64,000 nucleotides of DNA from Octopus bimaculoides (taxonomy: Eukaryota), in NCBI RefSeq assembly GCF_001194135.2, contig NC_068985.1:41392757-41456756 (forward strand). Direction: 5' to 3'. Shown here piece after piece: positions 12,284-26,455 of this stretch (positions are counted from its first letter, which is position 1; the number at the start of each line of letters is the position of its first letter). Position numbers and translations under genes: made by a program. Under the pieces are notes generated by a model that was not told where the DNA came from, searched no databases, and saw only the letters and a program-made list of their open reading frames with translations.

Positions 12284-14240
12284 CAGGACCACCTCACGTT
12301 AGGGAAATAATGGATTTCTGATAACCTTGCTGTGATACGGAATTCCGTAACATGAAATTAATTTCCCCATTGATCTTAATGTTGAACAGTGAGATTCGTT
12401 CCGACAGACTTTTGACGAAAATGACAATTTCACAATTTATAAACATACACCTTATAATATGTAGACATAAAACATTTGTTAAGGAATAAATAAGTATCAT
12501 AATACTGTAATAGGATACGTTCTTACAACAAAAGATGCTGACTACTAAGTGAGGGGTGGTGGTGGAATGAGAGCTAGTGGGGGGATGTGGGGCACTATCC
12601 TCTATCTTATAGTTTATCATTATGTACATCTGCCTGAAGGGTGAAGAACTTATCCAAAATTGTTTGTTTATGGTGCATTATCTCTTTGTACAGCTCAGTG
12701 TAATAACTGATCTCATTGTAAATTCCTCTTGTAATTTTTATGTTACATTCACGATTAGTGTCGTTATCAGCAAAAATTTGCAGACTTTCCTCTGTAGTTG
12801 CCAATCCTTTAGAAGTATTCTTTGCAGTCAATTTAAGTGGAGTTAATGGAATTTCCGTATTTTCATCTGTATTCTCAGCCCTTGTTTTAGCACAATCAAT
12901 CTTCGTTAGATAAACTTTTCTTTGTGGGACTTTAGCAACTCAACTACATAATTTTCTTTGATTTCTTCAAACCCTACTTATTCGCAGATGTCACAATATC
13001 TTCTTGCGGAAAGCTTGTAAAGTCATAGATACAGATTGACCATATATTTTCCCCTAAACCATTCAAAATTTGGGGTTTCACGTGATCTCATGACTCAGCT
13101 GTGTTATTCACAGCATCCATTATGCTGGACTTTTTCCAGAAGTCTCTAACTATTGATTTAAGCACCCTATCAATTGTTTCATAAATTCATTGAAATTTCT
13201 CAGAAAATATGCACTGAAGTTAGCTGTCGGACTTGAGCAAATAAGTTTTATTCATTGGGATGTATCGTACTCTCGCATTAGCAGAAAACTTATTTAAGTT
13301 CACTGAACGGCTTGGTACATTTTCTGAAAGGAGCAATGCTTTGTTAGAAATATGTCTAGCACTGTACCTGTCTACAACAGGACAAAATGATGTTTGAATA
13401 TTACGCTATGGCTCTTAGTTATCCATACCTTCTTACTTGAAAGCCAAATCAAAAGTATATTAAACTTTGCGTAACTCTTGAAAGCCCTTATATTTTTAAG
13501 GGGCCTCAATTTCATGTCCCTGTATTATTTCTTTGCACAAGAAGCGTCAAACGATTTTTGAACGTAAAGTTTCGAGGAGTTGATTTTTCTTCTCGAGAAA
13601 TAAAATTTCTAGCATGTATGCGGCCTTCAGAAAAGTGCAGTTTCATCAAGATTGTATATTTGCTATGTTGTGTAATCCTCTTTAGCAATCGTTTTCTTCG
13701 GCTGCCCAGGATAAATAGTAGCAGCCTCTGTATCATCACTGATAGCTTCATAAGTCATTATTATATTCTACAAATTCAAGAGCTTCTTATACTTTTCGAA
13801 CCAGCCTTAACCAGTTAGAGAATGTTTTTTTACACAAGAAGATTCACCTTCTTTTTTTGTGTAAATTGTCAACCAAACGTTTGGCTTTTATTTTTAATCA
13901 CCATTGTAATTATCGTCACATTACGTCGAATCTAATCCTCTGTTCATACACTCAACAGCTGTTCTATTTTAAGCATCACATTCGACCTCTCAGAAAATAA
14001 GGCCTAAGCTGTTAACGAAGTAACTTCTTGAGCACTTGACTTAAGTTTCTCTCTATTGTTCTGTATTATTCCTACTGTAGATATTGCAAGCTTTAATGCT
14101 TTGACATTCTGGCTGATTTCTTTCTTTTGCACCAAGCTTTTCTAAAGCATCAAGTTAAATTCCCTGTGTAATCCGTATACAGTTCCTTTTTCTACTACTA
14201 CCTTCATTTCCACTTGTTGGCTTCTTTCCAGATATCTTAA
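12284..14240 (-). mobile_element. Tigger/pogo-like DNA transposon remnant
   Basis: Minus-strand fragments: N-terminal HTH (LKLAISTVGIIQNNREKLK), GWFEK, YNLDETALF..KNRLTLL, and C-terminal DNDTNRECNIKI..ISYYTELYKE..KQTILDKFF. TIR-like CAGGACCACCTCACGTTA at the left end. Confidence 0.85.
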
Positions 14241-14299
14241 ATTGCAGGTAAATCCAAAAGCGAGGGCGATCAACATCTATCTACAACAAAACCACAACA

Positions 14300-14545
14300 A
14301 AAATATGATCACGTCGCGTGATCATATATATCGTGAGCGACCAGACTACCAGATGCTGTTACACAATGCTGGTCACAATGCGCTTTGCATAGTTTTAGCC
14401 TTTGAATGATGCCACCCCGCTGGCTGAGCGAGCAGACCAACATTCCTCTTTCACAGCAAATGGGGACTGGAGCAACGTGAAATGAAGTGTTTTGCTTAAG
14501 AACACAACGAGTCACCCAGTCTGGGAATCGAACCCACGATCAATA
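14300..14545 (-). mobile_element. SINE-C (CORE-like centre)
   Basis: Minus strand has B box GGGTTCGATTCC, then GTTGTGTTCTTAAGCAAAACACTTCATTTCACGTTGCTCCAGTCC, which is shared with 40045-40260. Confidence 0.75.
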
Positions 14546-14989
14546 ACAAAAATGTAGTGAAAAAATAGCAACCGTGTTCCATGAAAACAAATTATTGTTG
14601 TCGTATTCCTATGGATGTAAGAATGCAAATGAGAAGATGAAAGAGTAAAATAGTGGAGTTGGGAGAAAGTACTGTACGATTACTGTTAGTTGAAGGATTA
14701 CCAGGTTCATGGGCACTTCGCCCGTTGCATCTATTATTTAAATCATAAAACATTTACACTCTACTTGCAGATACACTTCGTTGTATTGACATACACCATA
14801 TGTAGCTACAGACATTAATGTCAGGTTGATATTATAATTGTTGTTTCATATTAGTTATTCAAAATTTAGTGAGTTGTTAGTGATAGAATGTTGCACTATC
14901 GGATTTGGTATTGGTAATGACGGTGACGATAGGTGATATCGTTGGTGTTGGTGACGGTCATATAGTTCTTGTTAATTGTATTCGTGTTA

Positions 14990-15110
14990 CTGTTTAGTCT
15001 CAGATCAATCCTCATTGACGTGAGATCAAAGACATTTCATTCCATTTACAAAATACATTAGAGTACCACATTATCTCATGCTATTGTTTTACTTTTAAAT
15101 GGAATGGCTT
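14990..15110 (-). repeat. Interspersed repeat family E, degenerate (SINE/LINE 3' end?)
   Basis: Reverse complement resembles 15470-15640, 19740-19890 and 36120-36275. Confidence 0.4.
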
Positions 15111-15329
15111 ATCTTGTTCATACTATTGTCGCTGTTCTTGGACATGAAGGAGTTGGAGGGTTCGTTATGGCAATGCTTCCATTGGTTTTTGGTGTTAAAG
15201 GTAGATGATGGTAGTGAAGATTAATTACATAGACACACAAACACAGACACACACACAAACACACATACAGAGTTTCCGTCTAGATGCTTTATAGATAGAT
15301 AGATAGATAGATAGATGTGAGAGTGTGTG

Positions 15330-15361
<32 letters not shown>

Positions 15362-15469
15362 TGTATGTATGTATGTATGTGTATACATATATGTATGTAT
15401 GTACAACCATAGAGATGGGAAAATAAATATAAATTCTCATTATAATGACACGTGGTTGCTTGACTGCTA

Positions 15470-15640
15470 AAATCAACAGTTAAATCTCCATATCTCCTCT
15501 TCCGCTTGAAACAAAGTGCTAAATTTGATGATTATGTATTCCGGGTACGCCATGTCTCAAAATAAAGTCAGGATGGTCGTAGATGGAATGCCTGTGATAA
15601 GTCAACTCAGTCAGTACTGGCCTGTGGTTAAGCAAAACTA
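15470..15640 (+). repeat. Interspersed repeat family E
   Basis: CAGTTAAATCTCC...CAGGATGGTC..ATGGAATGCCT, followed by a trinucleotide array. Confidence 0.5.
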
Positions 15641-15649
15641 TCGATCAGG

Positions 15650-15781
15650 ACGGTAACCGCCACAATACCACCACCACCGCCACAATACCACCACCAGCTC
15701 TACCACTAATAATCCCCCACCACCCACCACCACCATCACCACCACCACCACTACTATCACCACTACCATTACAACCACCAT

Positions 15782-15820
<39 letters not shown>

Positions 15821-15946
15821 CGTCACTACACTACCACCACTACCACCATTATCATCATGAATAAAACAACCATTACATTTATCACCAACACCACCACTAC
15901 CACCACCAACACCTACACCACCACTTTCACTTTCACTTTCACTATC

Positions 15947-15980
<34 letters not shown>

Positions 15981-16626
15981 TCAATACTACCATGATGACT
16001 ACTATAACTGGCAATAACAAGAACCCCCACTTGTAATAGCAGCGGCGGTAGTAGCAGTAGTAGCAGCACCAGCACCAGCACCACCACCGCCACCATTTTT
16101 ATCTTCCAATGCACCGAATTCTATTTTTCACCCCAAACCTTTTTTTTATGTTTAAACACTGTTTTATATATTTTTATCTTTCTATTTTAAAATCATCTTC
16201 CTCTTCTCTCTCCTCCTCTTCCTCGTCATCGTTCTATTCTTCCTCCTCATCATCATCATCATCCTCACCATCATCATCCGCCTCATCATTATCCCCCCCT
16301 CAATATCATCATCATCATCATCACCATCATGGTGATTCCTCTTTACATTTTTTTTACATCATCCCACTTGCACTACCTCACCACCACCACCACCACCGCC
16401 ACCCTCCTCTCCACCTCCACTTCCACTATCACCATAATCTTAATTTTTATCCTGTTTTAGTTCTCTAAACATCCATTCATCTTTCCCCCCCTTCCCCCTC
16501 TCCCCCTCGACCCTCTCTCTTTATCTTTTATCTATCTCTCCCTCTTTCTCTCCCTCCCTCTTTTACGTTTATCTCTCACCATTCAGCCTCTCTAACATTT
16601 CTGTTTATTTACTTTCTAATGTATTA

Positions 16627-16690
<64 letters not shown>

Positions 16691-16718
16691 TGTTATTATT
16701 ACTATTATTGTTATTATA

Positions 16719-16749
<31 letters not shown>

Positions 16750-16776
16750 TATTATTATTATTATTATTATTATTAT
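15650..16776. repeat. Mosaic trinucleotide microsatellites (CCA, CTA, CAT, TCC, ATT)
   Basis: Direct reading. The ORFs here are homopolymeric. Confidence 0.95.
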
Positions 16777-17898
16777 NNNNNNNNNNNNNNNNNNNNNNNN
16801 NNNNNNNNNNNNNNNNNNNNNNNNNNNNNNNNNNNNNNNNNNNNNNNNNNNNNNNNNNNNNNNNNNNNNNNNNNNNNNNNNNNNNNNNNNNNNNNNNNNN
16901 NNNNNNNNNNNNNNNNNNNNNNNNNNNNNNNNNNNNNNNNNNNNNNNNNNNNNNNNNNNNNNNNNNNNNNNNNNNNNNNNNNNNNNNNNNNNNNNNNNNN
17001 NNNNNNNNNNNNNNNNNNNNNNNNNNNNNNNNNNNNNNNNNNNNNNNNNNNNNNNNNNNNNNNNNNNNNNNNNNNNNNNNNNNNNNNNNNNNNNNNNNNN
17101 NNNNNNNNNNNNNNNNNNNNNNNNNNNNNNNNNNNNNNNNNNNNNNNNNNNNNNNNNNNNNNNNNNNNNNNNNNNNNNNNNNNNNNNNNNNNNNNNNNNN
17201 NNNNNNNNNNNNNNNNNNNNNNNNNNNNNNNNNNNNNNNNNNNNNNNNNNNNNNNNNNNNNNNNNNNNNNNNNNNNNNNNNNNNNNNNNNNNNNNNNNNN
17301 NNNNNNNNNNNNNNNNNNNNNNNNNNNNNNNNNNNNNNNNNNNNNNNNNNNNNNNNNNNNNNNNNNNNNNNNNNNNNNNNNNNNNNNNNNNNNNNNNNNN
17401 NNNNNNNNNNNNNNNNNNNNNNNNNNNNNNNNNNNNNNNNNNNNNNNNNNNNNNNNNNNNNNNNNNNNNNNNNNNNNNNNNNNNNNNNNNNNNNNNNNNN
17501 NNNNNNNNNNNNNNNNNNNNNNNNNNNNNNNNNNNNNNNNNNNNNNNNNNNNNNNNNNNNNNNNNNNNNNNNNNNNNNNNNNNNNNNNNNNNNNNNNNNN
17601 NNNNNNNNNNNNNNNNNNNNNNNNNNNNNNNNNNNNNNNNNNNNNNNNNATAAACACATACACATATATAAACAGACTCACACACAAACACACACACACA
17701 CAAGCAGAAACACGTACACACACACATACATACACAAATTGAACCATACATGCACGCACACACAAACCCACCACACACAAACACTGACAGATACACACAA
17801 GTATACACATGCGCACGGCATACAGACACACAAGTGAAGCATGCACACACACACACAGACACTTACAAATACACATGCGTACACACACATATATATAT

Positions 17899-17932
<34 letters not shown>

Positions 17933-19739
17933 TCACACACATTTATATGCATATACACACGCGTATACAGACACAATGGCAAACACACAGACACATCCAA
18001 GGGTATACACATGCGTAAAGACATTTGCACATACATGCACACATTCATACAAAAGGTCTCCACCCGCTTACACACCCCGACTTCGTTTGCTGGGTGGATG
18101 GGAGGGGAGGAGGAGGGTGCAAGTGATGGAGATGCTGTTATAGGATATGTGTGTGTGTGTGTATGGGTGCGTGTGTACGTGTGGTGTATGTGTGTGTGTG
18201 TGTATGTTTGTGTATAGCTGTGTGTGCGTGGGTGTTGTATATGCGTGTGTATGTGTATGTGTGTGTATGTATGCTTGTGTATGGGTGTGTGCGCCTGTGG
18301 TGTATATGTGTGTGTGTCTGTATGTTAGTGTATGTGTGTGTGTGTGGTGTGTGTGTATGTAATAGTGCATGTTGTGTGTTGAGTCTGATCTGGTGCACAC
18401 GTAATCGCAGATTTCTCAGAAAAAATAAGATGGAGAATAACGGCGGCCGCCATTGTAGTAGTAGTAGTAGTAGTAGTAATAGTGGTATCGTGGGTGGTTG
18501 AAGTAGTTGTGGTGGTGACGATAATATTAGTAGTAGTAGCAGTGGTGGTGGTGGTGGTAGTGGTGGGTGTGGGTGGTGGTGGTAGTGGTGGTGGTGGTGG
18601 TAGTGGTGNNNNNNNNNNNNNNNNNNNNNNNNNNNNNNNNNNNNNNNNNNNNNNNNNNNNNNNNNNNNNNNNNNNNNNNNNNNNNNNNNNNNNNNNNNNN
18701 NNNNNNNNNNNNNNNNNNNNNNNNNNNNNNNNNNNNNNNNNNNNNNNNNNNNNNNNNNNNNNNNNNNNNNNNNNNNNNNNNNNNNNNNNNNNNNNNNNNN
18801 NNNNNNNNNNNNNNNNNNNNNNNNNNNNNNNNNNNNNNNNNNNNNNNNNNNNNNNNNNNNNNNNNNNNNNNNNNNNNNNNNNNNNNNNNNNNNNNNNNNN
18901 NNNNNNNNNNNNNNNNNNNNNNNNNNNNNNNNNNNNNNNNNNNNNNNNNNNNNNNNNNNNNNNNNNNNNNNNNNNNNNNNNNNNNNNNNNNNNNNNNNNN
19001 NNNNNNNNNNNNNNNNNNNNNNNNNNNNNNNNNNNNNNNNNNNNNNNNNNNNNNNNNNNNNNNNNNNNNNNNNNNNNNNNNNNNNNNNNNNNNNNNNNNN
19101 NNNNNNNNNNNNNNNNNNNNNNNNNNNNNNNNNNNNNNNNNNNNNNNNNNNNNNNNNNNNNNNNNNNNNNNNNNNNNNNNNNNNNNNNNNNNNNNNNNNN
19201 NNNNNNNNNNNNNNNNNNNNNNNNNNNNNNNNNNNNNNNNNNNNNNNNNNNNNNNNNNNNNNNNNNNNNNNNNNNNNNNNNNNNNNNNNNNNNNNNNNNN
19301 NNNNNNNNNNNNNNNNNNNNNNNNNNNNNNNNNNNNNNNNNNNNNNNNNNNNNNNNNNNNNNNNNNNNNNNNNNNNNNNNNNNNNNNNNNNNNNNNGGTG
19401 ATAGTGGTGGTGGCGGTGGTGATGGCGGTGGTGGCGGTGTTGATACTGGAAGTGGCACTGGTGATGGTGGTGGCGGTGGTGGTGGTGGTGTAGTGATGGT
19501 GGTGGTGGTGAGGGTGGTGATGCTGATAATTACGATGACCATTATAATCATCACCATCATCACTCCATCATCAGAATCGTCATCATCATTATCATCATCA
19601 TCATGATGGAAAAAGCAACACGAACACCACCACCACCAACAACAACAGCAGCAGCAGCAGCAGCAGTAGCGGCAATGGCAACACAAGAAAGGACAACAAA
19701 ACTGTTACTACAATAACAGCAACAATAGAACACGAACCT

Positions 19740-19890
19740 AGAAATAGCAGCTAAATCCTCTAAAATTACAGTGTAAAGTTAAAAAAAAAAAAGATGGAGG
19801 GACATATTTGACAATGGAATTCCAAGGTATACAAAAGAAACGGGGTGGTCACGGCTGGAATACCTTTGGACTATGTCTATGTTTAGATCT
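19740..19890 (+). repeat. Interspersed repeat family E
   Basis: TAGAAATAGCAGCTAAATCC...GGTGGTCACGGCTGGAATACCTTTG, then (AAC)n. Confidence 0.55.
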
Positions 19891-20604
19891 CAACAACAAC
19901 AACGACATCAAAGAGTATGAGAAGATCTTTATAGCAGCACACACACGTAGCAACAACAGTAAGAACAACAACAATGAGGCCAGAACTAACATTTAGACAG
20001 TAGACAAAAACAAGAGAACTAGCGGTAAAAGCCAGACACAACAACAACAACAATAACAAACAACAACAACAACGATTATAGGAACAACAGAGACAAACAA
20101 TATGGAGGAAGTAAGAGGAACAAAGATGGCGGGAAGGAAGGAAGGAAGGAAGGAGGGGTGGGAGATATTCGGAGTGGCAGTAGAGTGAGGGAGAGTGTGA
20201 GGTATGATGAAAAAGAGCAGAGTTGAATGGGGTACAGCAACAAGAAGAGAAACGAGTACATCGTCAGTAAATGGTGTGCTGGTGTGGTGGAGGTGGAGGT
20301 GGAGGTGTTGGTGGTGGCGGTGATGGTTGTGGTGGTAGTGGTAGTGGTAGTGGTGGTGGTGGTGGTGATCATTTGTTGTTGGCGTTAGTGGTTGTAAGGG
20401 ATATTTCAGTACAAGACTTGCTAACCTTGCACTGAAAATAGCGCCTGTATTGCAATTACGATAAAGATGATGACGACGACGACGACGATGATGATGATGA
20501 TGATGATAACGATGATGATGATGATGAAGATGAATATGATGATGATGATGGTGATGATGATGATAGTGTTGTTGCTGGCTGTAATAACAATAGTGATGAA
20601 AATT

Positions 20605-20635
<31 letters not shown>

Positions 20636-20636
20636 T

Positions 20637-20835
20637 CCTTTCTACTGTAGGCCTGAAATTTGGGGGTGAAGCGGGCTAGTCGATTGGATCGACCCCCAGC
20701 ACGCAACTAGTACTTAATTTATCGACCCCGAAAGGATGAAAGGCAAAGTCGACCTCGGCGGAATTTGAACTCAGAACGTTAAGACGGACGAAATACCCCC
20801 CTAAGCATTTTGCTCGGCGTGCTAACGATTCTGCC

Positions 20836-20836
<1 letters not shown>
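20637..20836 (-). mobile_element. SINE-A embedded in (AAT)n
   Basis: Near-complete body, with (AAT)n immediately on both sides. Confidence 0.9.
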
Positions 20837-20871
<35 letters not shown>

Positions 20872-20923
20872 CAATAATGTTGATAAAAGTAATGATGTTG
20901 GCAGATTGTGAAGGATACCGTAG

Positions 20924-20959
<36 letters not shown>

Positions 20960-21086
20960 CAATGATGCAGATGGTGATGACAGGAATCATGATGATATTT
21001 ATTTTTTCAATTTGCTTCTTTTTTGGAACAATAACATCGACAAACAATGCTTCTGCACATCGGTGTATGTGTGAGTGTGTGTGTAT

Positions 21087-21125
<39 letters not shown>

Positions 21126-21269
21126 TGTGTAAATTGCACGTGTCTGCTAATATTTACATTCTTTGCGCTTTTCATGCTGACTGGGGGGGGGAGTGTTTGG
21201 TGTGCTTTCAAAGACAAACTATATACGTGTATTTGTCTTCGTTACGTTTGAAGCGGGTATGTAACAACA

Positions 21270-21388
21270 TGTATATATATACAGTCACACATATTTGTAC
21301 ATCATATATATAAACATACATATATATGCATATATATGCATACACACACACATATACATATATATATATGTATAGATACACACACATG

Positions 21389-21430
<42 letters not shown>

Positions 21431-21730
21431 TATACATATATATATACATATATATATACATATATATATACATATATATACATATATATATATACATATA
21501 TATATATACATACACACACATATATGTATACATACACACACATATATATATATATATACATATACATATACATATACATATATATATATATACACACATA
21601 TATATACATATACATATATATATATACACATATATATATACACACACATATATATATATGTATGTATAGAATTCATATATATATATATATATAAACATAT
21701 TCAAATATGTACGTATGTCTTTATATATAT

Positions 21731-21773
<43 letters not shown>

Positions 21774-21850
21774 TGTATTTATATATATATATATATATGC
21801 ATATTACACACACGCACACACACACACACATATGCCCACTTTGTACACAC
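21270..21850. repeat. (TA)/(CA)/(TATACA) microsatellite field
   Basis: Direct reading. Confidence 0.95.
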
Positions 21851-22168
21851 GCTAGTGCGCGCACGCAAGCACGCAATCAAACACACACACAATGTTGAAT
21901 GTGCGATGGTATTTATATTTATGTTACCTCATTGCTGCGTGTCTTTTTTTTTTTTATTATTTCGGCACATGTATTTTCGAGCCTTTGATGTTCGAACGCC
22001 TGTTGGTATCTAATGATATTTGCGTGCGCGTACGCGCACGTATAGTGTGTGTCTGTGCGTACGTGCGTGTGTGTCTGTGCGTACGTGCGTGTGTGTCTGT
22101 GTGTACGTGCGTGTGTGTATGTGTATGTTCATATATACCCTTACGAACACTCACATATAAAACGTACG

Positions 22169-22200
<32 letters not shown>

Positions 22201-22275
22201 TACAATTATACAGGCGAATATGTATATTACACAAATTAATATATACATGCATATATACATGCACATACACATACA

Positions 22276-22310
<35 letters not shown>

Positions 22311-22849
22311 ATACACACACATACATACATGCACATATACATGTACACACTCACACGTGTGTGTGTGTTCGTGCGTGTGTGTGCAGATGGGTGTGCATAT
22401 ATGGGTGTATGTGCGTGTATGTGTAAATATTAATTAATAGGGTACCACATAACAGTTTCTATTTCTTTTCTCGATCATTCGAAATGCAACGTATACCTGC
22501 TCACGGATAGATAAATCCTGTGGTGTAACCGCTTTGTTTGGTTTTCACAACCAAACTATATTCTATGTTTATTTTTAAAAGAGACACATTACAGCTCAAA
22601 TTACACGCCCCCCCCCACACACACACGCATATACACGCATACACTCACGCAAGCACAAATCTATATAATGAAATACATTATACTGAAATACATTATAATG
22701 AAATACATTACCTCAACCCTTATATACACGAATACATATACGTGTATGTATACGTACATATGTGTATGTGGGTATGTAACTTTACATGTGTATCTGTAGA
22801 GAAATGCAGATTTAATGGCGAGACGCATTAATATTATGTATATATATGT

Positions 22850-23067
22850 AAAGCGGCGAGCTGGCAGAATCGTTAGCACGCCGGACGAAATGCTTAGCGC
22901 TATTTTGTTTGTCTTTACGTTCTGAGTTCAAATTCTGCCGAGGTCGAGTTCGCCTTTCATCCTTTCGAGATTGATAAAACAAGTACCAGTTGAGCACTGG
23001 GCTCTATGTAATTGACTTACCTAATTCCCAGAAATTACTGGCCTTGTGCCAAAATTTGAAACCAATA
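22850..23067 (+). mobile_element. SINE-A, full-length reference copy (tRNA-derived)
   Basis: Head GGCGAGCTGGCAGAATCGTTAG (A box), B box GTTCTGAGTTCAAATTC, central GGTCGAGTTCGCCTTTCATCCTTTC..AAGTACCAG, tail GGCCTTGTGCCAAAATTTGAAACCAATA. Confidence 0.92.
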
Positions 23068-23248
23068 CTGTACGTGCGTGCGCGGGCGTGTGTGCGTATT
23101 TCTGCACTCTCGTATATCTCTGTATGTATTTTCAGATAATGACTGTAAGAGAATAGCCATTATATCTCTGAATATGAACCTATAAAGACACACTCACTCT
23201 CACAGACACACACACTCACAGATACACGCACACTCACACACACGCATG

Positions 23249-23402
23249 AAAGCGAATGGCCTTGTGGGTAGGAAACTGAGCTCGCGATTGTAAGGTCATT
23301 ACTTCGGTTCCTTGTATAGGCGATGCGTCGAGCAACTCACTTCATTTCATGTTGTCCCCAGTCTACTTACCGTCCCCAGTCTACTTACCTGGAAATGAGT
23401 AA
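23249..23402 (+). mobile_element. Degenerate SINE-C-like copy
   Basis: TGGCCTTGTGGGTAG head, CACTTCATTTCATGTTG core, and an internal duplication GTCCCCAGTCTACTTACC x2. Confidence 0.5.
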
Positions 23403-23775
23403 CCAGCCGACTGCTCATACAGCTGTGTGTATACGCACGCGCACTCACTCTCACACACACACACATGCGCGAGCGCACATACACATACATACACATACAT
23501 ACACATACACGCATACATATATGTTTGCGTGTGAGTAGGATGGGGAACGGTAATGGTTCCGAATACTATATAACTTCGAAGATAATTTAATCTAGTATTG
23601 TTTCGAATTGATATTTATTTACGTTTAACAAATATTAACGATTTGCTCTATAAACGTTGTAGAAATTAAAGTTCTATAAATGGACTTGAACAAATTAAAA
23701 ATTTTGTTTTTATATCATTTTTTTCCTTTCGCATAGTATAATTTCTAATATTTCTAAAAGATAAACATATACATA

Positions 23776-25018
23776 TTAGGTTGTTCCGAAAATAATTTGC
23801 CGATTTCAGAAACAATTTTATTCTGGAAAAATTAACAATAGAAATGTTTTGATTAGTGAAAGTATGAACTGTGAACATCTATGCATCTCTGCCATTGATC
23901 AATGAGATTATTTATGCCTCGTTGATAAAAACTTATTGCCTTTGTTGCTAAGAAATCTTTGAAAGATGATTCCACCTCTGGTTTAGACCTGAAAGTTTTA
24001 TCACTTAAAATTGTGTTTAAATGCTTTAAAAAATGGTAGTCAGTGGGTGAAAGCTCAGGAGAATATGGAGGATGTGGTAAAGTCTCGTATCCCAAGTCTG
24101 TGAGTTACTGCAACATCATTCTTGCAACATGTGGATTTTCATTATCGTGGAGCAGAGTTGGGCCACACCTCACCAATGCAGGCCTCATTTTTTGCAAGTG
24201 AGCATGCATTTCACCGCGTTGATTGCAGCAAACCTCTGCTGTAATGCTCTGATTGGCTTCCAGAAAGCTGTAATGGACAACACTAATTGCAGACCACCAG
24301 ACAGTCACCATAATCTTTTGCTGAAGCAACTTTGGCTTTTGGAAATATTTGGGGGACTCATCACGATCAAGCCATTGACCTGATCGTTTATGGTTATCAT
24401 AAAGGATCCACTTTTCGTCACAAGTGACTATTCGGTCAGATTAGGATCATTGGTGTTTCACAGAAAAAGCATCGAGCACACTTCAAAACACCGAACTTTT
24501 TGATTTTCCTTGAGCTCATGCTGTACCCATTTTTCGAGCTTTTTCACCTTACCAATCTTCCGCAGATTGCATGAGACCGTCACAATACCGACACCAAGTG
24601 CCTGGAATATTTCTCTGACACTTTGACGTGGGTTTTGTTCAACAATTGCTTTCAGTTGTTCATTGTCAAGACTGCAGGACCGTCCTCTACCTTCTTCATC
24701 TTCAAGGCTCTCATCATCACTACGGAATTTCTGAAACCACCTTCGTACTGTTGATAGAGGCAGTAGTTTGGGAAGCATTGTGCCAAAGCTTGAACTCATA
24801 CAAGAAAAGTAAGAGAAGGTCTTTTTTTAAATGTTCATATTTAAGGGCGCCTATGCTTCAAGAATGTTTTCTATCTGAAATAAGTAGAAAATTATTAAAG
24901 AGCATACATCAACTATTAAGTATGTCGAAATTCACCTAAAATATAATTAAAATACTATGATAAAATTGCGTTTCAAAACACAACACTTAGAGCGGCCATT
25001 ATTTTCGGAACAACCTAA
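23776..25018 (-). mobile_element. Full-length mariner (Hsmar1/cecropia-like), decayed transposase
   Basis: Perfect 21-bp TIR TTAGGTTGTTCCGAAAATAAT at both ends, with TA TSD. WFQKFRSDDESLEDEEGRGR, KLEKWVQHEL, HPPYSPELSPTDYHFL. Confidence 0.96.
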
Positions 25019-25124
25019 TATATATATCTAAAACAATGACAGTATAAATAAAATATTATCTATCTTACATGTTACTGAAAACCGCGTGCAATTTTGAGGG
25101 AAAATAAGACTATAGTAGAATTTA

Positions 25125-25341
25125 ACTTGTTACAATAGGCACAGTGTCTGAAAGTCATGGGGAGGGAGCTAGTCGGTTATATGGACCTCAGTAATCAACT
25201 GGAACTCATTGCATGGAAATCGAAAGAATGAAAGGCAAAGTCGATCTCGGTAGAATTTGAACTCGGAACTTAAATATGGGCGAAATCTTGCCAAGCATTT
25301 TACTCCGGCATACTAATGATTCTACCAGCTCGTCACCTTTA
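25125..25341 (-). mobile_element. SINE-A, diverged
   Basis: GAAAGGCAAAGTCGATCTCGG..TTTGAACTC..CCAGCTCGTCACC. Confidence 0.8.
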
Positions 25342-25369
25342 GGGAATTTAATAACGGTAGCATTCCAAC

Positions 25370-26455
25370 TTAGAATACATGCCCAAAGAAGTCGCACGAC
25401 TCTACAGCAAAGTATCATCAGAAAAAAGGATGGGCCTATATAAGCAGAAAACTATGCATGTATATGTTAGCAGAAATCTCCGAGATGGTAGTAATATTGA
25501 TCATCAAAGCAGTCTATCAGGAACCAATAGCCGGATTGCTATCTCCCACTTTAAAGGGTATACGTTTGCGATCCAGGAACAAGAAATATCAACCAGATAC
25601 CTGATGCACAAAAGGGATAGAGATGCAGGAAAAACAGTAAAATGTGACAACCGATGCAGACGTCGTGGAGTTAACACCGGAGATATCACCCACACCACGA
25701 GTTGTCCGAAAATGTCATCACCGTTTATCTACCGATGAGACATGGTGTAGCTAGGACACTCTATAATGAAATCCGTCGGAAGGATAACCCCGAGGACAAA
25801 GAAATAAGAACCCACAGTGTGGTAGAAGCCATAACCACTCATAATAAAAGGGAGTACTGGTGTAATGTCCCAGTGCAGACATCAATAAAATGTAAGCACA
25901 ACAGAACTGATACGATGATTTGAGATGAAGAAGTGAAACCGTACATTTGTGGGAATCAGATGCCCAGCGGATGTTAACATAAAGCTGAAGATCAGTGTAA
26001 AAGAGAATACTTACGTTGAATTGTTCAGAAACCTGTAGTTACTCTATCCAGATTACAAGTTCAGGTTTATACCTGTAATTATTGGAGTCCTGGGATATAT
26101 AACACACTGCCTAAATACCAATCTTGAGAAATTAGGCTTCTCAAAACCAGAAAGGAGAAAGCTAATTCGAAGACTACAGATCCATCACTGGAACTGTAAA
26201 AATCTGTAAAACTTTCCAGAATGTATATGAGCATGTCTAGATATGCAACTATATCCATAAGAATACATACATAAAGCAAAACATACAAATCTGCACATAT
26301 ACATACATACATACACACATACATACATACATACATACAAAAATACCCTGTTGTTGATGTTGAAATTCCAATGAAGGAGCCTTGGATCCAGGTTAGAAAC
26401 CGGCTCTTTCTCTATTGGCAACAAATCTAGAAATAAGAACAATGACATACATACA
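25370..26455 (+). mobile_element. R4/Dong-like non-LTR retrotransposon 3' portion (zinc knuckle, REL endonuclease, 3' UTR) with (ACAT)n tail
   Basis: AIQEQEISTRY, CDNRCRR..DITH..SCPKM, RH.VARTLY, KHNRTD, CPAD.NI, FIPVIIGVLG, LQI..GT.KI. Confidence 0.85.
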
